In this document: piece by piece, positions 1 through 9,238 of the stretch
Layout: every line of letters starts with the position of its first letter
Position numbering within the stretch: the stretch's first letter is position 1
IMG/VR virus record: IMGVR_UViG_3300042945_003839
Length of the DNA stretch: 64,000 nt
Source of the DNA: an uncultured virus (IMG/VR IMGVR_UViG_3300042945_003839)
Taxonomy: Duplodnaviria > Heunggongvirae > Uroviricota > Caudoviricetes
Direction: 5' to 3' (one strand)
Notes under the pieces: model-generated
What the model saw: the letters and a program-made list of their open reading frames with translations, nothing else
Databases searched by the model: none
Told to the model about the DNA's origin: nothing
Position numbers and translations under genes: made by a program

Positions 1-3000
1 TGATCCAATATTAAAATAGAATACTGATCTTCTTGCTGCTGGTATACCCTTAGAATTAAAGAAAGATATAGCTTGCGAAGGAGACCCATCACTACTTGGA
101 TAAGGACCAGATCCTGGCTCGTCATTTATGGCATTACCAGAAAGTCTACCCCTAACCTCGAATGACGGATAAACAAACTCTAAAGCTGGATCTGATGAAT
201 TACTGTAAGGTATAAATCCAATAACTGGGGAAAAATTGTTGTAGTCTGGCTGATTAGGAGCCACTGCGATATTTGCAATATAATTTATGCCTTGACCAAT
301 AACATCTGCAGTCAAGTACGACATTTTATCAGCAAGATTTTTCATGCCATAATAATTCCAGTGATAAATATCACCAGACTTTAATGGAGCATCTTCTGAT
401 TTAACCCAATATATTAAGTTATTTTCTGCACAAATTTCTAAAATAGCATTATTGAAATCAGATATGTTATCAATAGAGCCACCGGACATATCAACATCTG
501 GCAATAATACTATGAATATTGGTATATTTGCACCTACAGCAGATCTTACATTTATAAACTTTTGTACTAATTTTGTTTTCCACTGAGATGGATTTACATT
601 AGATATGCAATCATTAATTCCTATTTCATACCATAAATATACCTGTGGAGTATATCCATCAGCAATAATAGCAGATTTAGCGACATTAAATCTATTGACA
701 AATAAATTCCAATAAGTATCAGAGGTGTCCCAGTCACCATCAATAGCATTGTCTCCAATCTTAGAACCACCATGACCTGTTTTTAGAAGATAGACAAAAT
801 CTGTTGCAAATTTTCCATCTCTTACAGCATTAGCTAAACCAAGCTCCCAGCCATGAGGAGGCCCACCATTAGAATTCCATATAGAATCTGTAACATCTGG
901 TATACCGTTTGGGTTACGGTGATCTAAAATATTATTACCTGTAGCACTAATATTTAAAGTTTCAAAATTTAAAGTATAATTATTTAAAATTTTAACTTCA
1001 TCTCTTGTTCCTAATTCAGAAGCTAAAGCTTCTGAATTCTTTGCCAAACCTCCAGCATTAGACTCTCCCATCATAATAATAAATGGAATATAAGATTCTG
1101 TAGTGCTTCCACCAATATGTGATGATATTAACTCAATATGATTTAATATTGAAGATTCAAATGCAGATATTACGCCGCTTTCACTAGAGCAATTAGATAT
1201 AGCAACATCCCAGCAAGAAGATACTGCTGCGGCAATTGCTGAATTAGAAATAGAAGTTGGGCAATTTTCAAAAATAGACTTTTCTATATTTTCTTGACCA
1301 GCATAATACACAAATCCATCTATACTATTACGAATAAACGGATCAAGTGACTCTGCGAGAATTTCTGCACTTGAAACTTCACAGTAATCACTAGGCGAAT
1401 TGCCATTAGAAGACAAATATGTTCCATTTATTTCAACAAATATTAATGGCTGATTAGCTTGTCTATATTCAAAGTGCTTAGATAAAGAGGAAAGTCTTAA
1501 ATTAGCCTTGGCTATACTAGGAATAATACCAGAAAGATCTGCATCTTCAGATTCATTTGCATTCCAAAGGTATACGAAATCACAAGCTTCTAAAAGTGGA
1601 CCATAAAATTCTGATACTCTTTTATACAACTCTTCACGTGCTTTTGGAGTGCAATTTGCTGCCGTATGTACTGCACTAGAGTCTTTACTTTCCTCAAAGC
1701 CAAAAGCATCATCTATTCTTCCGAGACCCCTTATAGAAACCTGTAGTTTTGGATTTATAAATTTAATAGCACTTAGCACAGATATTAATCTGCCATTTAC
1801 ATAAGCAATTGATCTCCTGACATTGTCAAAAGAATCTGAGCCCTGAGAATTTATAAAGAATGGGTAAGAACATGCGTCTGCGTGCAAGGTAGCAAGAGGG
1901 CTATTTATATTAAAAAGATGCTCAAAGTCTAATACGACTCCTGCATAATAATCTGAAGCATCTTGTACGTTAGCAGTATGTGAAAGTATTGCGTCATTAA
2001 CATCAGAAACATATTTAACAATTCCATCTATAATTGGCAAACCATTCACGTCAATATTGTAGTAATCACTTGAAATATCACTTACAGGCCTAATGTACAT
2101 CATTAAACCATCGCTAGCGTCTGATATGGCAGAGATTTCATCTTCTACCGTCGCAGCCCAGCTAGAGCCATCGGAAGGACTTAAAGATCTGTCTAAATTT
2201 ACCTTAGATGAGTATAGCTTATAGGTATCTGAAGATTCACAGTAACATTGACTATCGCTAGTTAAACGATTATACATAGTAGATAGTGAAGTTAACGCTG
2301 ATGCAATTTTGCAGATACCTTCATTTTGTATTAAAACTCCACCAACAGAGAAAGATCCATCTCCACATGGATTTTGTGACGTAGATCTAAGTAGGCCAAA
2401 TAAAGTGTGAATAGTAGGACTTCCTATTTCCCCAACATTATTTACAAGCCAAGAATATGCATTTTGATTAGACTGTGCATGTGAAATGATTTCTGTGAAT
2501 AAAGTATTAGCAACTACGTCGCCTTCGACCATTGAAGAACCGCATGACAATCTAACTTTTATAACGTTGAATGATGCTGGCTGATCTCTTAAAAAACTTA
2601 GTAAAGAAATTAGATCATCAACACTGGCGACTTTTAGTAAATCTTCAGATACACACATTCCAACATGCGGGATAATGTCAGCATCTGATAATTGAACCTG
2701 TACAAAAGATCCAATTTCAAACGGAACAACATCAACAAAGTCATTGTTAACAAACATGTCAACTGGACCAAAAACTCCATCATCTTTATTTAACAATAAC
2801 TGTCTAAGTCTATAAGGCTTTTGAGAAGCATTGAATGTTATTCTTGCGCTTCTATTACTATTCCAAACTGGAGGATATCCAGCATAATAGTTAAGCTTGC
2901 CTCTTGCTGGCAATACCTCTACCGGTATTACTCCAGCAGCAGAATGATTAACATAATAGCAATCTCTACCAGCTATAGTATTAATTGTAGTAAATGTGTC

Positions 3001-6000
3001 AGTATAAGTGCAACTACATACATCTAATATTTTCCTTAAATTTAAAGAATTAACAAGATCATTTTCTGGATCGTTAGGAGATGCAAGTAACAAATTTTGT
3101 CTACCACAAACTCCATTTACTGGATAGTTATTGACGGTAAGACCAAAGAATCCATATTTTCTACCATCGTGCCAAGCAGCATCTGCAACTAAGGTCACAA
3201 GTAGAGATTGATTTTCATAAACATCAGTTCCTATTTCATAACCAACCATCGGAATTGGAGATTCAGGCAAATTTTGAGGATAAGAAAACTCTGTTTGCAA
3301 TACTAAATTTTTATTAGTTCTTTGCATCAAATTCCACAACTGATCTCTAGAAACTTGAGCTCTTGTTTTATTTCCAACTGACTGGGTATTATGGAAATTA
3401 TCATCAAGCTCACCGTTTGCTATGGCGTCTTGCACATATATGACAAGTCCATCAAATAATTCAAGCTCATTTCTCACAGAAGCAGACAAAAGATTTTTGT
3501 CAAAAGGAACTATAACTACTCCAGAATTTGCAAAATTACTTGCAGTAAAAGCATCATCCTGAGCAATAACGTGAGCAATGCCATGCTCAACACATGTCTG
3601 TACAGCTCCAAATATTGGCCAGTAGTAAGCAAAACCAGGGCCAGAGAATGATTCATTAACACCAGTATTAATATACAAACTTGTCTTCCAGCCCAGCTCT
3701 GGACGATGCAATATAACACACCATGCAACATTTGATCTATTGTGCAACTTGACGTTTGCATCACTAACAGATCCAAGTATGGAAGAAATTCTTCTCATAT
3801 AAGGAAGATGCTGTATTGCAAAGGCGTCTGCAGCATTCTCAAATCCTGACAAGTCTTCTACTTGATCATATTTATACCAATCATAAAACCCATACATAAA
3901 CTCTGGGGTAACGTGAGAAGCCAGAGCTAATAAAGATTGGTTTTCCAACCAACCACGTACTGCTATATCTCTTGGAAGAAGATTGTTTTTAAACTCTACT
4001 TTATTGGAATAATTACCGTCAAAAGTTGTTAAGCAAGATTTAAATGTAGCGTCACATTCACTACCACTTATCCAATTTGGTATAATCCATTGACCAATTT
4101 GCCATCCATAAGCTCTTTTTCCAGTTCTAGACTGAGACATTAAAAAATCTGTATGCATGGCAAGCCATAAATCTGGAGCTGCTTTAGATCCAGTTTTGCT
4201 AGTAACGTTTGAAGCCTGCCTTCTTCTCAGATAGCCTTCTGCACCTATTTCTGTTTTGACACCAGAAGAATATAGTGCAACATCTTCAGCATTGCCTGGC
4301 CACTCAAAAGATGGCTGAGAGTTTGCAACAGCATGAAGGATCACGAAATCAGAATATCCAGCTTCATCTACAGCTTCTCTTATGCGGCGCATGATGTCTG
4401 GTTGAAGATTATTTAATGCATATACATATGCCTGCAACTTATCCTTAATATCCTGTGTCCAGCCTCTAGCGGGATTTGGATCTCTTAATAAGAGAGAACC
4501 TGGATTCGCATTAGCGGTAACTTCACTTACAAATGCTGTCAATAAAGCAGTGTTGGAACCATCTGCCGGATTATTAAGTGGCCAAGGAAAATCTTTAGTA
4601 GCATCTATTCCAGATGCAGCAATTGCGTCAGGACTAAAGTCAAGTGTATACAACATCGGAGCTGCATCCCACATACACCCAGCGAATCCATAGCCTGTTT
4701 CTATATCAAAACACTTGCGAGCCATCTCAACATGTATCTGGCATAGCAGGTCAACAAATGCATCATTAAAAGAAGATCTATAGCTTATAGTTGGTCCATG
4801 TCTGCCCTCAGTAACATGATTTCCAAAAATATCTAATGCATAAGGATAAACAGAAGAATCTAACTCAATCCAAGCAAATGGAAAAAAGTAAGCCATCAAT
4901 TTTTGCTTATACTTATTTGATGCATCTTTGTAGGCCTGCACTACGTCCATTCCAAGACCCATAGAAGTGCTTTCTTCTCCATCATCTTTAAGCAAAGCCC
5001 ATTGGCTCATTCCAGGTATCTGAGTATCCCACCACAATGGCTCTGACCCACCATGCAGAAATACTAATGCCCAGTCTGGGTTATACCTTGACATTCCGCG
5101 CACCATACCATCAACATCGAAATACTCTCTAAACGCAGCACGAGTACCAGCTATCTTAGAAGTATTCCCACTGTCACAAGCAGGAAGAGTAGAAAGCTCA
5201 AATGTCAAACTCGAAGGCAGACTCCATCTCTTAAACCAATTTGCGCCACCATCAACTGTACTTGTGCACAATCCTGGGCCCAAAGTGCAAATCTGACACT
5301 CTTGATAAGAGCCACCTGGGTAGTAAGGTGATCCCGTCTCTGTAGCAGAAGCAGGAAAATTTCTTACGTTTTGATCATACCAAAGAACCATATCAAAAGC
5401 GCTAAACTGATACTGTAAAGCAAAAGTAGAAGACTGAAAGAAGTCTACTTGATTAGCTCCAAGTATTGGAAATCCAGATATAGGAACTGTTTTAATTTCA
5501 GTTGTCTCTATAATATCTGGAGAAACCTCTTCAGTGCAATCCTGTCTCGCACCACAATCTCCCTTAGAATTCTCATATGAATTACCCAAAATGTCAGTAT
5601 TCAAAATAGATGAACTTTCTAAACCTTTTGCTGGATTAGAAACCCCATTAAGAGAAACACACAAAAGAGCAAGATTTCCTTCAGAATAATTTTTGACAAC
5701 TTTGTGTGAACTTGTATTTACCTGCGTGTTCTGATTAGCTACTATTAGAGATAAGAAAAGCGGGTTAGAAGAAACCGATGGTAATAAAAATATATTTGCA
5801 GATATATCAGAATTTGAATTTGTTAAAGAAGTATTTAACTTTGATAAACCAGCACCTAATGAAGCTGTTGAGCCAGATGTTGAATCAACTATAATTCCAT
5901 TTAATAAATTGTATCTGCAATATATGCTGCTCACATTGGCTGGGTTAGTCCACGCTCCATTTGGTGTATCATGAAAGGATAGACTGTCAAGCATACTATT

Positions 6001-7482
6001 GTGAACAATAAATGCTTGCTTGATCCCATTAAAAATATAAGACTTACCTGGACCACCAGAAAATCTAGTAAAATAATTTGAGACTATTGCTATACTCTCG
6101 TAAAAATCATTAGGACTGAATGTTGCTCCATTAGCATCAAAACTAAAATGAGCAATAGCAGATTTATTAATATTATTTTTAGATATAATAATATTTTTCT
6201 TTATTCCTGAATCTTCAGTAAAGCTGATCACTGCAGATCCAGATACAGCTCCCACATTCCCGACACTGGATATGTTGCACGACATCAAAGCAGCACAGTT
6301 TTTTGCTGCGTACTCTACGACACTGCCTATTCCACACTGCTTCACTAAAGCAAAATCTTTAAAACCTCTATACAAGCCATTGACTGAACAATTAGTAGCA
6401 AACCCAACTATATTCTCTGATATGCCAGGATAAGCTTTAAAAGAAATATTTGACTGACTATTTAAACTAGACACTAACGTATCAACAGATACCCCTACTT
6501 TTCCCCTAATACTGCAGCCATTCAACCACACTCCTCTGCTATCTACATTCGCGCCAGTTTTAATAATAAAATTCTTTTCTCCAGATACATTTGTACTGCT
6601 ATCATAAAAGTTTTCTAAAGTTAAATTTTCAAAATTAGTAAAACGAGATTCTAAAGAATTAGAAAGTACTGTATAACTTGAAGGAGATCCAACACTGCCA
6701 AAATTAATGGAACGGTTGGTGATAACCACATCTTTTTTATTCACACCATCCATCGACTTTATTTTCAACCAACCAATTCTTCCAGACCCCAATGGTGCAT
6801 CTGAAATCACTCCGCCGGGATAATCGCTTTGGACAAGTGGGCTTATTCTATACTCTCCAGCCTTACAGACAATAACGTCTTCTCTAATAGAGCCTTCTGT
6901 ATGGCTTGCATGAATCTTAACTATTGCGCTCCATAGATTTTTTAATGGTGAGCCAAAAGTACCCGAATTAGCGTCATTGCCATTTACAGAATCTACATAA
7001 ACTGTAATGCCGTCATAAGATCCACGATTAACTATAAAAGTAAAATCAACCTCTCCATTCGATGCATAAGAATATTCGTCTGAAGAGGACGAAAACTTTG
7101 GCAACCAAGTTCCCTGCAATACTCTTTGAGTGCCAGCATTAGAATAAACAATAGCCCTGATTGTATGAATTCCTTCAGGCCAAGTACTATCTATATCAAT
7201 ACTACAGGCATACTCATCCTGCTTTGAAACTGCGTCCGCTACAGGATTAATAACGCTAATAATATGACCACCAGACTCGTACTCTCCGCCGTCGCAAATA
7301 AAATCAACTCTTTGTATACCAGCAGAGTGATACGCTACCACAGATGCTCTTATCGATTCTCCATCGTGAACCCATTGCATGGGCACGCTAGACCATCTAG
7401 CTATAGGTGGTAAATCAGAATCAGAACTGAGATTTATGGTTTGAGCAAAAGGATTGCTTGAAGAAATAACTGGCCAGGTCAT
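1..7482 (-). CDS. Giant (>=2494 aa, 3' end outside window) multi-domain carbohydrate-active protein / putative tailspike-depolymerase: Ig-like N-terminus, beta-helix, GH42/GHL6-like domain with trimerisation domain, second GH-like barrel, SGNH O-acetylesterase
   Basis: Not in the ORF track. ATG at 7482 (cat 7480-7482) gives MTWPVISSSNPFAQ... I found no in-frame stop in the stretches I translated down to position 1, and absence from the track fits a frame with no stop in the window. Motifs read: YVDSVNGNDANSGTFGSPLKNL, MDVVQAYKDASNKYKQKLMAYF, GFAGCMWDA..DFSPDA, GVVLDFEH, IIMMGESNAGG, LLKTGHGGS, WYEIGIND, GDIYHW. Confidence 0.88.
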   Translation of the reverse strand, partial: MTWPVISSSNPFAQTINLSSDSDLPPIARWSSVPMQWVHDGESIRASVVAYHSAGIQRVDFICDGGEYESGGHIISVINPVADAVSKQDEYACSIDIDSTWPEGIHTIRAIVYSNAGTQRVLQGTWLPKFSSSSDEYSYASNGEVDFTFIVNRGSYDGITVYVDSVNGNDANSGTFGSPLKNLWSAIVKIHASHTEGSIREDVIVCKAGEYRISPLVQSDYPGGVISDAPLGSGRIGWLKIKSMDGVNKKDVVITNRSINFGSVGSPSSYTVLSNSLESRFTNFENLTLENFYDSSTNVSGEKNFIIKTGANVDSRGVWLNGCSIRGKVGVSVDTLVSSLNSQSNISFKAYPGISENIVGFATNCSVNGLYRGFKDFALVKQCGIGSVVEYAAKNCAALMSCNISSVGNVGAVSGSAVISFTEDSGIKKNIIISKNNINKSAIAHFSFDANGATFSPNDFYESIAIVSNYFTRFSGGPGKSYIFNGIKQAFIVHNSMLDSLSFHDTPNGAWTNPANVSSIYCRYNLLNGIIVDSTSGSTASLGAGLSKLNTSLTNSNSDISANIFLLPSVSSNPLFLSLIVANQNTQVNTSSHKVVKNYSEGNLALLCVSLNGVSNPAKGLESSSILNTDILGNSYENSKGDCGARQDCTEEVSPDIIETTEIKTVPISGFPILGANQVDFFQSSTFALQYQFSAFDMVLWYDQNVRNFPASATETGSPYYPGGSYQECQICTLGPGLCTSTVDGGANWFKRWSLPSSLTFELSTLPACDSGNTSKIAGTRAAFREYFDVDGMVRGMSRYNPDWALVFLHGGSEPLWWDTQIPGMSQWALLKDDGEESTSMGLGMDVVQAYKDASNKYKQKLMAYFFPFAWIELDSSVYPYALDIFGNHVTEGRHGPTISYRSSFNDAFVDLLCQIHVEMARKCFDIETGYGFAGCMWDAAPMLYTLDFSPDAIAASGIDATKDFPWPLNNPADGSNTALLTAFVSEVTANANPGSLLLRDPNPARGWTQDIKDKLQAYVYALNNLQPDIMRRIREAVDEAGYSDFVILHAVANSQPSFEWPGNAEDVALYSSGVKTEIGAEGYLRRRQASNVTSKTGSKAAPDLWLAMHTDFLMSQSRTGKRAYGWQIGQWIIPNWISGSECDATFKSCLTTFDGNYSNKVEFKNNLLPRDIAVRGWLENQSLLALASHVTPEFMYGFYDWYKYDQVEDLSGFENAADAFAIQHLPYMRRISSILGSVSDANVKLHNRSNVAWCVILHRPELGWKTSLYINTGVNESFSGPGFAYYWPIFGAVQTCVEHGIAHVIAQDDAFTASNFANSGVVIVPFDKNLLSASVRNELELFDGLVIYVQDAIANGELDDNFHNTQSVGNKTRAQVSRDQLWNLMQRTNKNLVLQTEFSYPQNLPESPIPMVGYEIGTDVYENQSLLVTLVADAAWHDGRKYGFFGLTVNNYPVNGVCGRQNLLLASPNDPENDLVNSLNLRKILDVCSCTYTDTFTTINTIAGRDCYYVNHSAAGVIPVEVLPARGKLNYYAGYPPVWNSNRSARITFNASQKPYRLRQLLLNKDDGVFGPVDMFVNNDFVDVVPFEIGSFVQVQLSDADIIPHVGMCVSEDLLKVASVDDLISLLSFLRDQPASFNVIKVRLSCGSSMVEGDVVANTLFTEIISHAQSNQNAYSWLVNNVGEIGSPTIHTLFGLLRSTSQNPCGDGSFSVGGVLIQNEGICKIASALTSLSTMYNRLTSDSQCYCESSDTYKLYSSKVNLDRSLSPSDGSSWAATVEDEISAISDASDGLMMYIRPVSDISSDYYNIDVNGLPIIDGIVKYVSDVNDAILSHTANVQDASDYYAGVVLDFEHLFNINSPLATLHADACSYPFFINSQGSDSFDNVRRSIAYVNGRLISVLSAIKFINPKLQVSIRGLGRIDDAFGFEESKDSSAVHTAANCTPKAREELYKRVSEFYGPLLEACDFVYLWNANESEDADLSGIIPSIAKANLRLSSLSKHFEYRQANQPLIFVEINGTYLSSNGNSPSDYCEVSSAEILAESLDPFIRNSIDGFVYYAGQENIEKSIFENCPTSISNSAIAAAVSSCWDVAISNCSSESGVISAFESSILNHIELISSHIGGSTTESYIPFIIMMGESNAGGLAKNSEALASELGTRDEVKILNNYTLNFETLNISATGNNILDHRNPNGIPDVTDSIWNSNGGPPHGWELGLANAVRDGKFATDFVYLLKTGHGGSKIGDNAIDGDWDTSDTYWNLFVNRFNVAKSAIIADGYTPQVYLWYEIGINDCISNVNPSQWKTKLVQKFINVRSAVGANIPIFIVLLPDVDMSGGSIDNISDFNNAILEICAENNLIYWVKSEDAPLKSGDIYHWNYYGMKNLADKMSYLTADVIGQGINYIANIAVAPNQPDYNNFSPVIGFIPYSNSSDPALEFVYPSFEVRGRLSGNAINDEPGSGPYPSSDGSPSQAISFFNSKGIPAARRSVFYFNIGS
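310..1090 (-). other. SGNH hydrolase domain (sialate O-acetylesterase / CE6-like) within the 1..7482 CDS
   Basis: Block I G-E-S-N at 1057-1068 (FIIMMGESNAGG), HGWELGLA, VYLLKTGHGGS, LWYEIGIND, and catalytic D-x-x-H (DIYH) at 361-372 followed by a helix (WNYYGMKNLADKM). Order and spacing match SASA/DUF303-type SGNH esterases. Confidence 0.8.
3400..5200 (-). other. GH42/GHL6-like TIM barrel followed by a class-I GATase-like (beta-galactosidase trimerisation-type) domain within the 1..7482 CDS
   Basis: HGGSEPLWW...GMDVVQAYKDASNKYKQKLMAYF, then GFAGCMWDAAPMLYTLDFSPDAIAA, then YYWPIFGAVQTCVEHGIAHVIAQDDAF...VVIVP...LLSASVRNELELFDG. Recognised by eye only. Confidence 0.55.
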
Positions 7483-7539
7483 TTAAATTACCAATAATAT
7501 TGACTATACTTATTATTTCGTATAAATAAAAATTATATT
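7483..7539 (-). promoter_or_regulatory. Only sizeable intergenic gap (57 nt), very AT-rich; candidate internal promoter/regulatory site for the giant CAZyme gene
   Basis: Minus-strand TATAAT at 7532-7537 with no consensus -35, and a short inverted repeat CAATA-N-TATTG at 7492-7502. Every other junction is 12 nt or less, or overlapping. Motifs could arise by chance in AT-rich DNA. Confidence 0.3.
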
Positions 7540-9237
7540 TTACGAAGTATAGGGCTTAATACTGGGATATCTAATAAAATCCTTATTTTTTTGCTTCTGT
7601 TTCAAGTCTTCTGCTAAAGATAGATTTCCATGGGAAATCATGTAATTTCCACCAAAAAAATTACCATGAGCTGAAGTTTTTTCTATTCTGACAGGATCTC
7701 CAGATCCATCATCAATATAATTACGCATAATAATATTGCCAGAAAATGAAGAAGAATGAGCAGAATTAGAACCAGGAACTACATTTACAAATGGACAGCT
7801 ACCTAGCTCCACATCTCCACCTTGACTAAAATTACTCATTATAATAAAATTACTATTATTGCTATTTTCATTATTAACAAAAACAAATGGCCTGTTAGTG
7901 TCTTTTACAATAAGATCTGTAAACATATTACCAAAAGATCCATTCATAATTAAAAATCCTTCAGACACTGAACTATTATTAACAGTACAGTTCTTAAATA
8001 ATATGTTTTTAGGATTTAAATAAAGCTTACAACTTTCAAAGTTACATTGAAAAAATATCGAACCATCTAATATCAATTGAGATTTTCCAGGAGATCCAAA
8101 AATAACATTTTTAAATGTGCAATTATAAAATCTAGAATTACGCATATCAACTGGCTGAGCACAATAGTCTGAACCAGGAATTGGAGATATATGCTGAACA
8201 AAATCGCCAGGACCCACAAAATTGACAGTGTCAAAAGTCCTATTTCTAATATTTTTAACTATAGTACCACTAGTAAACGAAATATTTGTATCAAATTGAT
8301 TAATAGTAGTCGATGCAACTCCAGCAGATGAAATGTCTATCAAAAAACCATTAGCAGAACACGTTGGCTTTGAACCTCCAGAAACATCATAAGATTTTGA
8401 CTTTACTTGCAACCCTATTTTTCTGCATATGTTTTGACTAGTGTTGATAGGCAAAGAACTTACTGTTGGATTTAAAGAAGACAAGTCGCTATCGCTATAA
8501 CTTGCATTTGCAACTGCATCAAAATTAGTTGCACATCTAATTATAATGGATCTTAATAAAACATCGCCATGCTCATACAGGCTTCTATCTACTGGGGTCC
8601 ACGGCACAGAACCATTGTATTTGAATGTATTATAATCAGCAGCATCAGGATCTACTGGATTAGCTGAACCTGTTGTTTTTTTGTACAATGCTGATTTTGA
8701 TTCATCATAATCAAACTTATAATATCCGTCTTGAAAAAATCTAAAACCTCGTCCAAAATTGTTGTATGAAACTTTGGCATGAATCTGCTGTTCTTGCCTA
8801 TATATCCATGATCCAGAATACCCAACTGTTTTAAAAGGACTATCATGTTCTCTACAATAAGTCACTCCACTAATTTTAAAACCGTCCTTATAGACAGGAT
8901 CATTCAACTCATAATTATCCGCCAGAGATGGAGAACCAGATAAAAATAAATTAGGATCTGTTGAAACATTACTTCCAAATATTCCCAATGATGTCTGAGC
9001 TAAATAGTCTTTTAAAACAGTCCAAGAAGAAGATGCAGTGGATTTGTAACTTATACGAATGCAATCTGATTGCAGAGGCATCATTTCACAACCCCATAAT
9101 GTGATAATTTCATTCTTCCTTACCACATAAACTTCTTGTCCTAAATTTTGATCAATAACAATTACCGCAGGAGCAGCTGATCTAATACCAGCCAATCTAC
9201 GTAAGCCAAGATAAAAACTAAGATCTGTGTATCCCAT
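7540..9237 (-). CDS. Beta-helix tailspike-like protein, paralog 1 of 3 (565 aa)
   Basis: N-terminal LRRLAGIRSAAPAV..LWGCEM..DCIRISY, GYYKFDYDE, and VDMRNSRFYNCTFKNV followed by Asn/Phe/Cys-rich beta-solenoid repeats. These blocks are shared with the two upstream genes. Confidence 0.65.
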   Translation of the reverse strand: MGYTDLSFYLGLRRLAGIRSAAPAVIVIDQNLGQEVYVVRKNEIITLWGCEMMPLQSDCIRISYKSTASSSWTVLKDYLAQTSLGIFGSNVSTDPNLFLSGSPSLADNYELNDPVYKDGFKISGVTYCREHDSPFKTVGYSGSWIYRQEQQIHAKVSYNNFGRGFRFFQDGYYKFDYDESKSALYKKTTGSANPVDPDAADYNTFKYNGSVPWTPVDRSLYEHGDVLLRSIIIRCATNFDAVANASYSDSDLSSLNPTVSSLPINTSQNICRKIGLQVKSKSYDVSGGSKPTCSANGFLIDISSAGVASTTINQFDTNISFTSGTIVKNIRNRTFDTVNFVGPGDFVQHISPIPGSDYCAQPVDMRNSRFYNCTFKNVIFGSPGKSQLILDGSIFFQCNFESCKLYLNPKNILFKNCTVNNSSVSEGFLIMNGSFGNMFTDLIVKDTNRPFVFVNNENSNNSNFIIMSNFSQGGDVELGSCPFVNVVPGSNSAHSSSFSGNIIMRNYIDDGSGDPVRIEKTSAHGNFFGGNYMISHGNLSLAEDLKQKQKNKDFIRYPSIKPYTS

Positions 9238-9238
9238 A

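Noticed and set aside
1..7482. Apparent 7.5-kb non-coding, pseudogenised or recoded region (empty in the ORF track)
   Set aside because: It is an open minus-strand frame that lacks a stop only because it runs off the window edge.
7521..7528. T4-like late promoter TATAAATA
   Set aside because: It is on the plus strand, facing away from the gene train, and such octamers are common in AT-rich DNA.
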